Positions 30,906 through 42,221 of a stretch of 64,000 nt of DNA are shown in pieces (position 1 is the stretch's first letter; every line of letters starts with the position of its first letter). Source of the DNA: Candidatus Latescibacterota bacterium (GTDB lineage: Bacteria > Latescibacterota > CBDEFO01). The stretch spans positions 384,001 to 448,000 of the forward strand of contig CBDEFO010000008.1 of assembly GCA_965237525.1 (NCBI GenBank), written 5' to 3'. Made by a program: the position numbers and the translations under genes. A model generated the notes under the pieces. That model did no database searches. It saw only the letters and a program-made list of their open reading frames with translations, and was not told the origin of the DNA.

Positions 30906-31014
30906 GCCTAGAAAAAGATATTGATTTATTTGGTTAAATGTCTTAAATTATTTATGTCTATGACATTGCGATCCAGTTTGCTGTAAGAATAGCATCATTT
31001 AAGGAGAATCAAAG

Positions 31015-32838
31015 ATGTTAAACACTATGCGCCAAAAGGGGTTCATTAAGGTCACAATTTGGATCACGGCAGTGGGCTTTGTAGCCCTTATGGTAGCAGG
31101 ATGGGCTGCCAATGTGAACGTCTGGCTCAGCCAAAAGCTCGGACCACAGTTCGGAAGAGTTAATGACTACAAGGTAACCTACGAGGAATTCAGGGGCTCC
31201 CTCGGACACCTCTATAACCACGAGAAAGCTCAATTGGGGAACGCAGAGCCCGATATGAAAAGACTCATTAACCAGGCCTGGGATACTTTCATAGGACAGG
31301 CTATAATCTCCCAGCAGATTAAAAAGAGGAACATCAAAGTCTCAGACAGCGAGCTTGCTTATTACAACCGCATAGCACCGCCTCAGCTTGTCCGGAGTCT
31401 GGAAGTCTTCCAGACGGAGGGAGAGTTCGATCCTGTAAAGTACAGCCAGTTTCTGGATGATCCTGCAAACTACGAGGATCCGAGCAACAGACAGTTTATA
31501 CTCGTGGCCGAGAACCGAGTTAGGAACACACTCTTGACCCAGAAGCTCCAAAACAGAGTAATAGGAGCTGTCAAAGTCACCGACCCTGAGGTCAGGAAAG
31601 CCTACATAGACGACAACGAAAAGGTAAAAGTCAAATATGTCTTCGCGGCGATAGGCTCGTTTCCCGATTCCCTGGTATCTGTCTCCAAGGAGGAGATAGG
31701 GGCATATTACCGGGATCACCAGGATGATTTCAAAGAAGAGGCCCAGGCACAATGCCAATACGTCGTGTTCGATAAGAAACCGAGTCACTCGGATTCGCTT
31801 AGGACGGAAAAACGCATAAGGGATCTTTTTAACGAGGCTAAATCAGGAGCTGATTTTGCAGAGTTAGCTGAGGAAAACTCGGAAGACCCAGGATCGGCAC
31901 AAAAGGGAGGGGATCTGGGCTTTTTCGCCAGAGGATGGATGGACAAAACTTTTGAGGATGCCGCTTTTGCCCTCGATGTAGGCGAGGTCAGTGAGCCTGT
32001 CAAGAGCTTCCGCGGATGGCATATAATCAAGCTCGAAGAGAAAAAGACGGAAAATGGCCAAGCGAAAGTCAGAGCCCGGCATATACTCCTACAGGTGGAG
32101 GTCAGCAGAGGCGCTATGGAAGAACTTGCCCGAAAAGCCGACAGGCTAATCGAAAACGCTCAGCAAATCGGCTTCGATGCGGCCGCAAAAGCCGAAGGTT
32201 TGGAAATCAAAGATACAGGATTCTTCAAAAAGGGACCCTTTATCCCCGGAATCGGAATCTCCCAGTCTCTCGTAAACCAAGCATTCGCAGCGGATATAGG
32301 AGAGATCCTAAGACTCTACGAGGACGACAGAGGATTCTTTATCATTTCAGTCTCAGACAGAAAAAAGGAAGGTATAAGTCCTTTAAGCCAAGCAAGAGAG
32401 AAGATTAGATGGGATCTAACAAGAGACAAGAAGAGAGACTTGGCGGCAGAAAAGCTCCAACCCATCGCTTCGGCTATATCTCAAGGCGCCTCAATGGAAG
32501 ATGCAGCAGAATCTACATCTCTTCCGGTTAAAGAAACAGATGAGTTTGCCCGCACAGATTTTGTCCCGGATATAGGAGTAAGGAACGAATTTATAGCCGC
32601 GGCTTTTAAACTTCAGGAGGGACAAGTAAGTCCCGTAGTGTCGTCCGACAGAGGTGCCTATTTAATGCAGTTGGTTAAGAAAGAGCCTATTGCTGAGGAG
32701 GAGTTCCAAAAAGAGAAGGATGCACTCAAAGAGCGCCTCCGTCAGGAGAAAGAAACCCAGATATTCAACAGTTGGTACGCCCATCAGAGGCGAAGTGCCG
32801 AGATTATAGACAACAGGCACCTTTACTACAACTTCTGA
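31015..32838 (+). CDS. PpiD/SurA-type peptidyl-prolyl isomerase
   Basis: N-terminal TM, SurA-N region, parvulin motifs FAELAEENSEDPGSAQKGGDLG and GWHII. Confidence 0.92.
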   Translation: MLNTMRQKGFIKVTIWITAVGFVALMVAGWAANVNVWLSQKLGPQFGRVNDYKVTYEEFRGSLGHLYNHEKAQLGNAEPDMKRLINQAWDTFIGQAIISQQIKKRNIKVSDSELAYYNRIAPPQLVRSLEVFQTEGEFDPVKYSQFLDDPANYEDPSNRQFILVAENRVRNTLLTQKLQNRVIGAVKVTDPEVRKAYIDDNEKVKVKYVFAAIGSFPDSLVSVSKEEIGAYYRDHQDDFKEEAQAQCQYVVFDKKPSHSDSLRTEKRIRDLFNEAKSGADFAELAEENSEDPGSAQKGGDLGFFARGWMDKTFEDAAFALDVGEVSEPVKSFRGWHIIKLEEKKTENGQAKVRARHILLQVEVSRGAMEELARKADRLIENAQQIGFDAAAKAEGLEIKDTGFFKKGPFIPGIGISQSLVNQAFAADIGEILRLYEDDRGFFIISVSDRKKEGISPLSQAREKIRWDLTRDKKRDLAAEKLQPIASAISQGASMEDAAESTSLPVKETDEFARTDFVPDIGVRNEFIAAAFKLQEGQVSPVVSSDRGAYLMQLVKKEPIAEEEFQKEKDALKERLRQEKETQIFNSWYAHQRRSAEIIDNRHLYYNF

Positions 32839-33828
32839 TCCGGCAAAAGATGCCCTCGCAGGGGCCATAATCCTGCGGGGCGGAAGCGCATTATCAATAC
32901 CATAATAAGTCCGAAAAATAAAAACCGCGCGCTTTCAAGGATGCCCAATTTCGGCAGAATTCCTCTTAAGATCTCACTTAAAGATCCTAATATGATAGAC
33001 CCAATCACGGTCCCCGGGACACTACCCATCCCTCCTAATACTACCATACATAGAATCATAACCGATTCCCAGAACTTTAGCATATTGGGACTTATAAATG
33101 TTATCCATCTTGCAAAGAAAGCTCCACCTACCGCTGCAAACGCAGCGCTGACCGCAAAAGCCGCCAGTTTAAATCTCATCACATTTACCCCGCAGCTTTG
33201 CGCCGCGATCTCGTCCTCTCGTATAGCAGACCAAGCCCACCCGACGCGGGAGTTTTGAAGCCGTGACATTACGATCACCGTCAGGATTACCAAAGTCAGT
33301 GCAAGGTAGTAGAAACTCATATCCTCACTAAACTCCTGCCCAAATAGGGAAGGGGGAGCTATCGCCGGAAGTCCCATAGGTCCCCTTGTAAGCCAAGTCT
33401 CGTTTATAATAGTAAGCACCACAAGCTCTGAAAACCCGAACGTCACAATCGCAAAACAGTCTCCGCTGAGCCTTAAAGTCGGCGCTCCTCTCAAGACACC
33501 CCAGAGAGCGCCGTTTGAAGCAGCGATGGGCAGAATTATCCAAAAGCTCAGATTGGAGTTGAGCGTCAACAGTCCACAGATGTGGGGCCCTATCCCGTAA
33601 TAACCCTACGTATCCGAGATCTAAAAGCCCCGTAAATCCCGGAACCACGTTCAGCCCCAAAGCCAGAAGTATATAGAGCACAACCAGCACCCCTATATGC
33701 GTTATGTATCCCTCAAAGCCCGGCACAAAAGCGAATAAGAGTGCAAACGCTAAAGGGACCACTATTAACAACTTCTTGCGCCGCTTTATGGGATCTGATA
33801 CATCCTTAAGAAAGCTCAGTAATTCCAT
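32826..33828 (-). pseudogene. livM: Branched-chain amino acid ABC permease LivM, frameshifted
   Basis: GLNVV.GFTGLLDLGYVG, then LRL.GD.FAIVT.GF.E and AIREDEIAA in a second frame. Confidence 0.85.
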
Positions 33829-34046
33829 CGTGTAATTCCTGTGGGACGAAAGGTCAAAACAAATGACTTCATCACAAGCAATAGCAAAGCAATGTAGCCT
33901 CTGTCAACGAGTTTCTTGAGATTGCTGGCGGGTTGCACTCTTGGCAATGACTAAAGAGCCAAGCAACGTCAATGCCAGCCTAGCAATATGGATTAGAGTG
34001 CCTCGTTCCTCAGGGGAAGAGTAAAGCGTCCTGTTTACTGTCTACG

Positions 34047-34888
34047 TCAAACGCGTTCGACTTCTCCCTTCCCCATACTTCCCAACGGCCTGAAGATTAT
34101 GAAAAGTATCATTATGGCGTAGGCTATCCCGTCTCGATACTGTGAAGAGATGTAAGCCGCTCCGAATATCTCGCCCATGCCCAGGATCATCGCACCGATC
34201 ATAGCCCCCGGGACACTCCCGCCAGATAGCCCTTAGTAGGATAGCGGCGTTTTAGTACATAGCTACCAATATCCCCGCCACGTCAGCGAGACTCGATCCG
34301 ATAGCAAAGGTAAAGGAAACCACTCTATTTACATCGACTCCCATCAGCTTAGCTGCTATCTGATCCTGCGCCCACGCCCTCATGGCCCTCCCTATCTTCG
34401 TCTTCTTAATTATTAGATGGAGCCCCAGCATCAAGATGAAAGCTGTAGCAAATATGAATATTTGCAGATTTATAATAGTGACACCGCCGACTGCGGAAGC
34501 TCCCTGAAGAAATCGGGGACATATCCGGATGGGAAAGGCTTGGTCCATGCTCCCAATATCGCTCTCGCCAGCTTCTGGAGAAAGAGAGAGACATCTATCG
34601 CCGTGATCTGAGCCGAAAGCCTCGGCGCACCTCTCAGCGGACGATACGCCCCCATGTCTATTAAGACCCCTAATAGCCCAGAGCAAGCGACAGATAGAAG
34701 GAAGGCTACGGGAAAGGGAATATGACCTGCAGAAAGGAAGGTTAAAGCAAAAAACGCCCCCATCATATATATTTCCCCGTGAGCAAAATTGATGAGCTTG
34801 ATGATCCCATAGACCATCGGGTAGCCCACGGCGATGAGAGCCTATATGCCTCCCAGAGTCAGACATTTAGCAACTGTTGGGAAAACAT
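34047..34888 (-). pseudogene. livH: ABC permease LivH with multiple frameshifts, a stop and a deletion
   Basis: VYGIIKLINFAHGE, GRAMRA..QD..AA.LMG and RPLG fragments in different frames. Confidence 0.85.
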
Positions 34889-34917
34889 AGAGTCATTTAA
34901 GTATTGAATCAAAAAGA

Positions 34918-34974
34918 GTAGACAGCTACGAAAACACGGGGTGATGGGAGGATGTGCCCCTGTCTACTGTCTAC
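34918..34974. repeat. GTAGACAG...CTGTCTAC REP-like element
   Basis: Terminal 8-bp inverted repeat plus an extra TGTCTAC heptamer. Confidence 0.6.
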
Positions 34975-36122
34975 TTGCCCAGTCCAGCATCTGTTCAGGG
35001 GCAGCGACAACTTACCGTCTTTGACGATGCTCACGTAAGCTGGCTTTTGACAGTCGCCGTTTTGGTCGAAGAACGTCAGCCCGGTGACGCCGGCATAACT
35101 ATCTTCTGCAGTAGTCATTCCAGCAAGATAATCCCTTATAGCTTTTCGGTCGGGTCCTACCGCCTTTATAGCCTCAATAGCTATCCCCGCTGCGTCGTAC
35201 GCTAAGGCGGTCCAGCAGTCAGGTTCGTCATTGTACTTCTTCTTAAAACTTTCTAAGAGCTTCAAAGCTTTTGGTCCTGCTGCGTCGAACAAAAAGGGCG
35301 TCGTCAGGATCGTTCCTTCGGCTGCATCGCCCGCTATCTTGATATATTCAGGAGAGAATATCCCGTCCGCACCAGAAGCTGTGTCATGATCCCCTGTCTC
35401 TTCGCCTGAGAAGCTATCAACGCCGCCTCGTTATAAAGACCCGATATGAGGATCGCATCGGGATTTAGGGTCTTAAACTTGGCAAGCTGAGGCGTGAAAT
35501 CTATCGACTCTCCGGTATATGGTTCTCGTCCAACAATTTCGACCCCCAATTTTTCTGCCTCTTTGACAAAGGCATCTTTTAAACCGATCCCGCAATCGTC
35601 GTTGTCGTAGAAGACAGCGAGCCTTTTGAACCCCAATTTCCTTGCACAGTAGCTCGCCAGAAACTATCCCTGAAAATCGTCCCGGTACAGATTTCTAAAC
35701 GTCCAAGGGCTCCCTTCGCACACCCTCACGTTGGTAGGGCCAGGAGAAAGTTGGACTACCCCTCCCCTTTTGTATATCGGTTTCCCAGCCAGGGAGCAGG
35801 AGCTGTTGAAGTGACCTATCACAATCAAAATAGACTTATCGTAGGCAAACTTGGTCGCCACATTTGACGCCTCCTTAGGGTCTCCGGCGTCGTCTCCGAA
35901 GACAGCTTCTACCCTCTTTCTGTCTACCCCACCTGAGGCGTTCACCTCGTCAACCTTGAGGAAGGCACCCTTTTTGATCATCTCTCCGTAGGCCGCCGCG
36001 TTGCCCGTAAATGGACTGGCGATCCCGATCCTTATCACATCGGAGGTATCCTCTCTTTTCGCGCAGCCCCAAGAGGCAAATATAAGCGCAGCCGACACTA
36101 TAAAATTCAAAACGATTCTCAT
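34964..36122 (-). pseudogene. livK: LivK/LivJ-type substrate-binding lipoprotein, at least three frameshifts
   Basis: Lipobox WGC, IGHFNSSCS, DFTPQL and AYDA motifs spread over several ORFs. Confidence 0.85.
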
Positions 36123-36160
36123 CAGTTCTTCCTAGGTGATATAATGTGCTCTCACTTCAG

Positions 36161-36853
36161 TTACCCTGAACCTCTTTTTGACTTGCCGATTACCTTTTGA
36201 GTCGTCTTAAAATGCACTTTAGCCACCTTTTTCAATATGCCCTCGCCGTACTTTTCCACTAATTCTTGTGCTAATTCTTCCACAGCCCCAGATGCGCCCT
36301 TTATAAGCTCCTCTCCTATCTGGTCGGACAAACCCTCCAATCTGCTTACAAATTCAGCCCTTGCGATCACAGAAGCCGCAGCTACCGCGAGGTCGTCTTC
36401 CGCCTTTGGCCTCTGCTGGATCTTTATCTGTTTACCCCTTTTTAAGAGGGCGTTTATCACGAACCTTTCATCTCCGAACTGATCCGTTACAGCCCTTGGG
36501 CAGTCCTCCTTTTCCAGAAGATTTTCTATAGCCCTTGCATGCCCCCACGCCAACATTCTGTTTAGATTTTGCATCCGACCGTAGAGCTCGTTGTATCTTT
36601 CAGGACCTATTGCCACTGTTGTCCAAACGCATATAGATTTTATCCTCTCATCCAATTTTTTTATAACGTTATCGGAAATGCGCTTGCTGTCTCTAACGTT
36701 CAATTGAAAAAGCTTTTCCAGAACAGAATCGTTCACACAGACACCGGCTATGACCAAAGGCCCGAAATAGTCCCCCTTTCCCGATTCATCGGTGCCGATC
36801 CATGAGCAAGTTTGTGACAATTTGTCCCCTGCAGGTTCAATCGCTCTTGACAA
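36161..36853 (-). CDS. rnhC: Ribonuclease HIII (catalytic domain only)
   Basis: IGTDESGKGDYFGPLV, VRDSK, YNELY, DQF, VAAASVIAR, AKVHFKT. Confidence 0.9.
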   Translation of the reverse strand: MSRAIEPAGDKLSQTCSWIGTDESGKGDYFGPLVIAGVCVNDSVLEKLFQLNVRDSKRISDNVIKKLDERIKSICVWTTVAIGPERYNELYGRMQNLNRMLAWGHARAIENLLEKEDCPRAVTDQFGDERFVINALLKRGKQIKIQQRPKAEDDLAVAAASVIARAEFVSRLEGLSDQIGEELIKGASGAVEELAQELVEKYGEGILKKVAKVHFKTTQKVIGKSKRGSG

Positions 36854-37015
36854 TATCAGCGCTATATACTATATTTTTGTAGTAAAATACAGGTACAAGT
36901 GCGTGAGTTTGCTATCCTCTAGGTTTGTCACTGACTACTTCAGAATAATTTTAGCCTATAAAATAGAATATGTCAAGACCTTTGATCTTCTCTCACACAG
37001 ACCAGGAGAACTATA

Positions 37016-38611
37016 TTGAGCGAGGATGAATACATACAGACTATCTCTGATCTTGAGGCCAAGACACGAAAACTTGAGATCATAAATGAAATATCTGACT
37101 TGATCAACTCCACTTTTAACTTCGACGATATATTCCGAACCGCAGTCCAGGAGACGAAAAAGATAGTCGCTTTTGACGGAGCCAGCATCTCCCTTCTGGA
37201 CGAAACCGGCCAGAAGCTCATCACCTACGCCCTTGTGACAGATAAAAAGACCAAGCTCGGGGTGGGCTATATTTATAAGAAAGAGACCGGAGTTGAACAG
37301 GTTATAGACCACAAAGTTCCCAACATCGCCGAGGACCTAAGCTTGGAAATGAAAACTCCCATACATGAAGCCCTTTTGAAAGAGGGAATAAGGTCTTACA
37401 TCTCCATACCCTTGACATACAGAGGGACATCCATAGGAACGTTCGATCTGTGCAGAAGAAAGCCCAGCCACTACGCCGACTGCGACCTTGAGACTTTACA
37501 GCAAATAGCCAATAGAATCGCTGTGGCTATCCAAAATGCTCAGCTATTCAAGGAAGTTCAAAAGTCAGAGGAGAAATATCGCTCCCTTATAAATAAAGCC
37601 AACGACGCTATATTCATAATAAATGCCGACAACGGAGAGATAATAGAAGCCAACCCGAAGGCAGAGGAACTTACAGGCTACAAAAACAGCGAACTTGCGG
37701 GGAAAAAGATATGGGAGATACACCCGCAGGAGGAGATGGAATCCGCCAAAGGGCTCTTCCAACTTGTCTCCTCTCAAGGCTCAGGCGTATACGACGATAT
37801 GTCCTTCACAAGGAAGGACAAAAGCAGGGTCTTTGTAGATGTGAGTGCAGCCGTCATAGAATATGGAGACACTAAGGTCATCCAGAGGATCTGCAGAGAC
37901 GTTACGGAAAGAAAGGAATTGCAAAGACAACTGACTCAATCCAACAAACTCGCCGCAGTCGGTGAACTCTCCGCAGCTATTGCCCATGAAATAAGAAACC
38001 CCCTGGGAGGCATAAGCACCTCCGTCGGCATACTTAAGGACAGCCTCGATTTGGACGGAGAAGAAAAGGAACTTCTGGACATTATCTCCAACGAGTCCGA
38101 AAGGCTTAACTCTGTTATTTCAGACTTTCTCAAGTTCGCAAGGCCTCAAGAGCCCCACTTAGAGGAAGTTGACGGAAACGAATTGCTCAAGGAGACCATG
38201 CTCCTTCTCAAAGAGAAGATACAAAAGAGCGTGGAGCTTGGTATGAAACTCTGCGAGGATCTGCCCTCTATAGATGCCGATCTATCCCAACTTAAGCAGG
38301 TCTTCATAAACATAGTCCTAAACGCCCTTGAGAGCATGGAAGCGAGTGGGCGATTGGAAATATCGTCTGAGATCAAAGGTAAGATACACAAGAGAAAGTG
38401 TATTTCAATTTCTTTTAGCGATACAGGAAAAGGGATAGACCAAGATAAGCTCGAAAAGATATTCCAGCCCTTCTACTCCGACAAAGAAAACGGCACCGGT
38501 TTAGGACTTTCTATCTGCCACAGAATCATCCAAAACCACAGGGGAGATATAATAGCAGAAAGCAAGCCCGGCGTCGGAAGCAAATTTACAATCTTACTGC
38601 CAATACCTTAG
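37016..38611 (+). CDS. Cytoplasmic GAF-PAS sensor histidine kinase
   Basis: GAF, PAS, H-box AHEIRNPL, N/G1/F/G2 boxes. Confidence 0.93.
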   Translation: MSEDEYIQTISDLEAKTRKLEIINEISDLINSTFNFDDIFRTAVQETKKIVAFDGASISLLDETGQKLITYALVTDKKTKLGVGYIYKKETGVEQVIDHKVPNIAEDLSLEMKTPIHEALLKEGIRSYISIPLTYRGTSIGTFDLCRRKPSHYADCDLETLQQIANRIAVAIQNAQLFKEVQKSEEKYRSLINKANDAIFIINADNGEIIEANPKAEELTGYKNSELAGKKIWEIHPQEEMESAKGLFQLVSSQGSGVYDDMSFTRKDKSRVFVDVSAAVIEYGDTKVIQRICRDVTERKELQRQLTQSNKLAAVGELSAAIAHEIRNPLGGISTSVGILKDSLDLDGEEKELLDIISNESERLNSVISDFLKFARPQEPHLEEVDGNELLKETMLLLKEKIQKSVELGMKLCEDLPSIDADLSQLKQVFINIVLNALESMEASGRLEISSEIKGKIHKRKCISISFSDTGKGIDQDKLEKIFQPFYSDKENGTGLGLSICHRIIQNHRGDIIAESKPGVGSKFTILLPIP

Positions 38612-38622
38612 GTAGGTTGCAC

Positions 38623-40020
38623 ATGCCCCGAATTTTGATAGTTGATGATGAACTCAGTATAAGAAAGAGCCTGTCTATCCTTTTGGGCAAGGAAGGATAC
38701 CAGACAGATGAAGGCTCAAACGGAAAAGAGGCTATAAAAAAGATCAATGCGGAAACCTATGACATGGTCATCACCGACCTGAAGATGGAACCTGTAGATG
38801 GTATTGATGTCCTCAAAAAATCCAAAGCTCTCTCCCAAGCCACAGAAGTTATGGTCATGACAGGATACGGGACTATCGAAAGCGGTGTGGAAGCTATGAA
38901 GTTAGGGGCGTACGATTATATTACAAAACCCTTCCAAAACAATGACATAATCCAAAAAGTAAACAGAGCCTTGGAGCGCAAGGAACTATCTGATAAGGTC
39001 AAATTGCTCGAATCCCAATTGAGAGAAAAATACAAGTTCGAAAACATAATCTCCAGCACCAACCAGATGATAGAGGTTTTGAAGATGGTCTCCAAGGTCT
39101 CCAGGACCGACAGCACAGTTCTCATAACCGGCGAAAGCGGAACCGGAAAGGAACTCGTACCAAGAGCGCTACACAACAACAGCCCCCGAAAGTACAAGGC
39201 GTTTGTACCCATAAACTGCGGCGCACTTCCCCATGACCTTCAGGAAAGCGAACTCTTCGGTCACGTCAAGGGATCTTTCACCGGGGCATCGTACGACAAA
39301 AAGGGGCTCCTTGAAGAGGCAGATGGAGGCACAACCTTTTTAGATGAAATAGGAGAGGCGACCCCTCAGGTTCAGGTAAAGCTTTTGAGATTCTCTCAAG
39401 ATGGAGAAATAAGGAGAGTCGGAGACAATAAGCCCACTTACACGGACGTCAGACTCATTGCCGCGACTAACAAAAACCTGGAACAGGCGATAGAGAATAA
39501 CAAGTTCCGCGAGGACCTCTACTATCGCCTGAACGTAATACCCATACATCTTCCGCCCTTAAGAGAAAGAAAAGACGATATCCCTCTTTTGGCCAAACAT
39601 TTCCTCAAGAAGCACACCGGGCGGCTCAAAATAGACATTGAATCTATATCTAAAAGGGCCTTGAGTCTCTTTATGAGCTACGACTGGCCGGGAAACGTCA
39701 GAGAATTAGAAAACGTCATCGAACGCTCGATAATACTTGCGTCGGGCGAGACTATCACCCCTGAGGACCTTCCGCAGACCCTCGGAGGCGGCGTCCAGAT
39801 GGAGTCCAAAAGAAGACACAGAAGCGGGATGGCGCTATCCGATGTTGAAAGGCTCCACATACTCGACATATTGGAGGAGTGCTCATGGAACCGCAAAAAA
39901 GCCTCTGAAAGACTCGACATCTCGACAACTACGCTGTGGAGAAAGCTGAAGGAGTACAATATCTCTCTAAAAGAATCTCCACAGGACCTTTACGACAATA
40001 CAGAAGGTGAAAAGTCCTGA
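38623..40020 (+). CDS. Sigma54-dependent NtrC-family response regulator
   Basis: Receiver domain, GESGTGKE, ESELFGHVKGSFTGA, WPGNVRELEN, Fis-type HTH. Confidence 0.95.
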   Translation: MPRILIVDDELSIRKSLSILLGKEGYQTDEGSNGKEAIKKINAETYDMVITDLKMEPVDGIDVLKKSKALSQATEVMVMTGYGTIESGVEAMKLGAYDYITKPFQNNDIIQKVNRALERKELSDKVKLLESQLREKYKFENIISSTNQMIEVLKMVSKVSRTDSTVLITGESGTGKELVPRALHNNSPRKYKAFVPINCGALPHDLQESELFGHVKGSFTGASYDKKGLLEEADGGTTFLDEIGEATPQVQVKLLRFSQDGEIRRVGDNKPTYTDVRLIAATNKNLEQAIENNKFREDLYYRLNVIPIHLPPLRERKDDIPLLAKHFLKKHTGRLKIDIESISKRALSLFMSYDWPGNVRELENVIERSIILASGETITPEDLPQTLGGGVQMESKRRHRSGMALSDVERLHILDILEECSWNRKKASERLDISTTTLWRKLKEYNISLKESPQDLYDNTEGEKS

Positions 40021-40299
40021 CCTGAACAACGCCGGCAGAACCAGAAAGAGACTGAGAATTTATCTGGATAACCGCTCACAATATCCCACTGCCGATTTTG
40101 CTCCCCAGCCTTCAAGATCTAACTTGCCCGGTACCTGTCGTATTTCAAACTGAAACGCCTGACCATTTCCATTTTATAACTTCTGCGCACAATTCATACT
40201 CTACATTATCTTTATATCGTGAGATAATACTCCCCAAGTTCATTTATTTCCAAACACTTATTTAAATGACACAACTTTACTTCTTAATCCTAAAGTTGT

Positions 40300-40315
40300 T
40301 GGCACCCTATTTGCA
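40300..40315 (+). promoter_or_regulatory. Sigma54 (-24/-12) promoter
   Basis: TGGCACCCTATTTGCA (GG-N10-GC); candidate upstream activator site TTTCA-AAC-TGAAA at 40143-40155. Confidence 0.8.
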
Positions 40316-40426
40316 CCTAATATCAGCACAGTATGTATCTCAAGTCTTTGTCGCGACAGACAGCTTCAAACCGAATTCGGAATAACAACAACAAGAGGAA
40401 GCAGGAAAAACCAAGGAGGAAAGACA

Positions 40427-40873
40427 ATGTTTGAGCAGAAGACTCGAGGAAACCTAATTGAGAAGATCAGCAGTAATGTAAAGATCGTAAAGCCAAAGAG
40501 CATTTCTTTGAGCAACTGGTATGGAAAAGCCTTACTGGCAGTGTTTGTCGGACTCGTTATGATTGGCGCCTCTCTGAACGCAGAAGCACAATTTCGCTAC
40601 GGTTATGGATCTACCCATTCTTACCGGCACCGTTATCATCAATCGCGCGGCAATTACTATGACTACCGGTATGACTATGGTAGGCGATATCAGCACGGTA
40701 GCCATCACTACGGCAGAATCTATTCAGGGTACGGATATTACCCAATATATTCAGATGGCAGCGATCCCTTCATTGAAAGCGTAGAGGATGGGGATATTCT
40801 TGCAGTAAGATCGTTTGTAAAAAACGGCGCAAACGTCAATGCAAAAGATGACGACGACGCCGGAGCTGAATGA
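40427..40873 (+). CDS. Exported His/Tyr/Gly-rich protein with truncated ankyrin repeat (copy 1)
   Basis: Signal-like segment ending AEA, YxH-rich tract, GANVNAKDD, then an early stop. Confidence 0.6.
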   Translation: MFEQKTRGNLIEKISSNVKIVKPKSISLSNWYGKALLAVFVGLVMIGASLNAEAQFRYGYGSTHSYRHRYHQSRGNYYDYRYDYGRRYQHGSHHYGRIYSGYGYYPIYSDGSDPFIESVEDGDILAVRSFVKNGANVNAKDDDDAGAE

Positions 40874-40898
40874 TGAAAGAGGGCAGCCAAAGTAGCTA

Positions 40899-41237
40899 CG
40901 GCAAACGTCAACGCACCCTCCCAGCGTGTGTTGGAAGTCATCTCGAACTTCGGCAATGTGCATGCGATGATCGCGAAACGCTGATGAAGGCCATACAGCA
41001 GTAGCCCGGATACTGCTGGACAAAGGCGCAAACATCAATGCAAAAGATGATGACGGCGAGACAGCCCTGATGATCGCAGCTGATGAAGGCCATACAGTAG
41101 TAGCCCGCATACTGCTGGACAGAGGCGCAAACATCAATGCCAAAAATGACGACGGCGAGACCGCCCTGATGATTGCTGCAGATGAAGGCCATACAGTAAT
41201 AGCCCAATTACTCAGGGATGCCGGAGCAACTGAATGA
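40899..41237 (+). pseudogene. Mosaic of an SRPBCC 5' fragment and ankyrin repeats
   Basis: 40899-40968 copies about 41343-41411, followed by GETALMIAADEGH ankyrin units without a start. Confidence 0.7.
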
Positions 41238-41324
41238 TGCAAACGGAATATCAATACTCTATTCCACAGGCAAGTGGTAAGGGCTTGAGCCTGCCACTTG
41301 CCTGTTCAAGAAGGGAGTAAGAAA

Positions 41325-41585
41325 ATGAACAAAGTAGCAGTTACGGCAAACGTCAACGCACCCTCCCAGCGTGTGTTGGAAGTCATCTCGAACTTCGGCA
41401 ATGTGCATGCGTTCCATCCGATGGTAGACAGAGGTGACATGCTCAATGGGAAAGATCGAGGCTTCCGTGCGAAACGTCGCTGTAATTTCTACGACAACAC
41501 CTCCGTTGTGGAAGAAATAACTGAATGGATCGACGGCATCGAAATAACAATAATAGGAAGAAGCAGGAAAAACCAAGGAGGAAAG
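41325..41585 (+). pseudogene. SRPBCC/polyketide cyclase-like 5' fragment fused in frame to the next gene
   Basis: VNAPSQRVLEVISNFGNVHAFHP...RRCNFYD...EEITEW; switches to duplicated upstream sequence at about 41541. Confidence 0.6.
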
Positions 41586-41588
41586 ACA

Positions 41589-42128
41589 ATGTTTGAGCAG
41601 AAGACTCGAGGAAACTTAATTGAGAAGACCAGCAGTAATGTAAAGATCGTAAAGCCAAAGAGCATTTCTTTGAGCAACTGGTGTGGAAAAGCCTTAGTGG
41701 CAGCGTTTGTCGGACTCGTTATGATTGGCGCCTCTCTGAACGCAGAAGCATACTATGGTCACGGGTACCGCTCGGGTCACGGGTACCGTTCTGGTCACGG
41801 GTATCACTCTGGCTACGGGTATCACTCTGGCTACGGGTATCGTTCTGGTCACAGGTATCGCTCTGGTCACAGGTATCGCTCTGGTTACCCGTACCACTAC
41901 GGCAGAAGCTATTCAGGGTACGGAAATTACCCAATATACTCAGATGACAGCGATCCCTTCATTAAAAGCGTAGGGGATGGGGATATTCTTGCAGTAAGAT
42001 CGTTTGTAAAAAAGGGCGCAAACGTCAATGCCAAAAATGATGAAGGCGAGACCGCCCTGATGATTGCAGCAGATGAAGGCCATACAGTAATAGCCCAATT
42101 ACTCAGGGATGCCGGAGCAACTGAATGA
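41589..42128 (+). CDS. Exported GHGYRS-repeat ankyrin protein (copy 2)
   Basis: AGGAGG RBS, signal-like segment, hexapeptide repeats, ankyrin GETALMIAADEGH. Confidence 0.75.
   Translation: MFEQKTRGNLIEKTSSNVKIVKPKSISLSNWCGKALVAAFVGLVMIGASLNAEAYYGHGYRSGHGYRSGHGYHSGYGYHSGYGYRSGHRYRSGHRYRSGYPYHYGRSYSGYGNYPIYSDDSDPFIKSVGDGDILAVRSFVKKGANVNAKNDEGETALMIAADEGHTVIAQLLRDAGATE
41757..41900 (+). repeat. Coding 18-bp tandem repeat (7 copies plus 1 degenerate)
   Basis: GGTCACGGGTATCGCTCT-like units encoding G(H/Y)(G/R)Y(R/H)S. Confidence 0.9.
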
Positions 42129-42221
42129 TGCAAACGGAAGATCAATACTCTATTCCACAGGCAAGTGGTAAGGGCTTGAGCCTGCCACTTGCCTGTTCAA
42201 GAAGGGAGTGCGAGAGAGAAA

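Noticed and set aside
41757..41900. Possible CRISPR array
   Set aside because: Contiguous 18-bp in-frame coding repeats with no spacers and no cas genes
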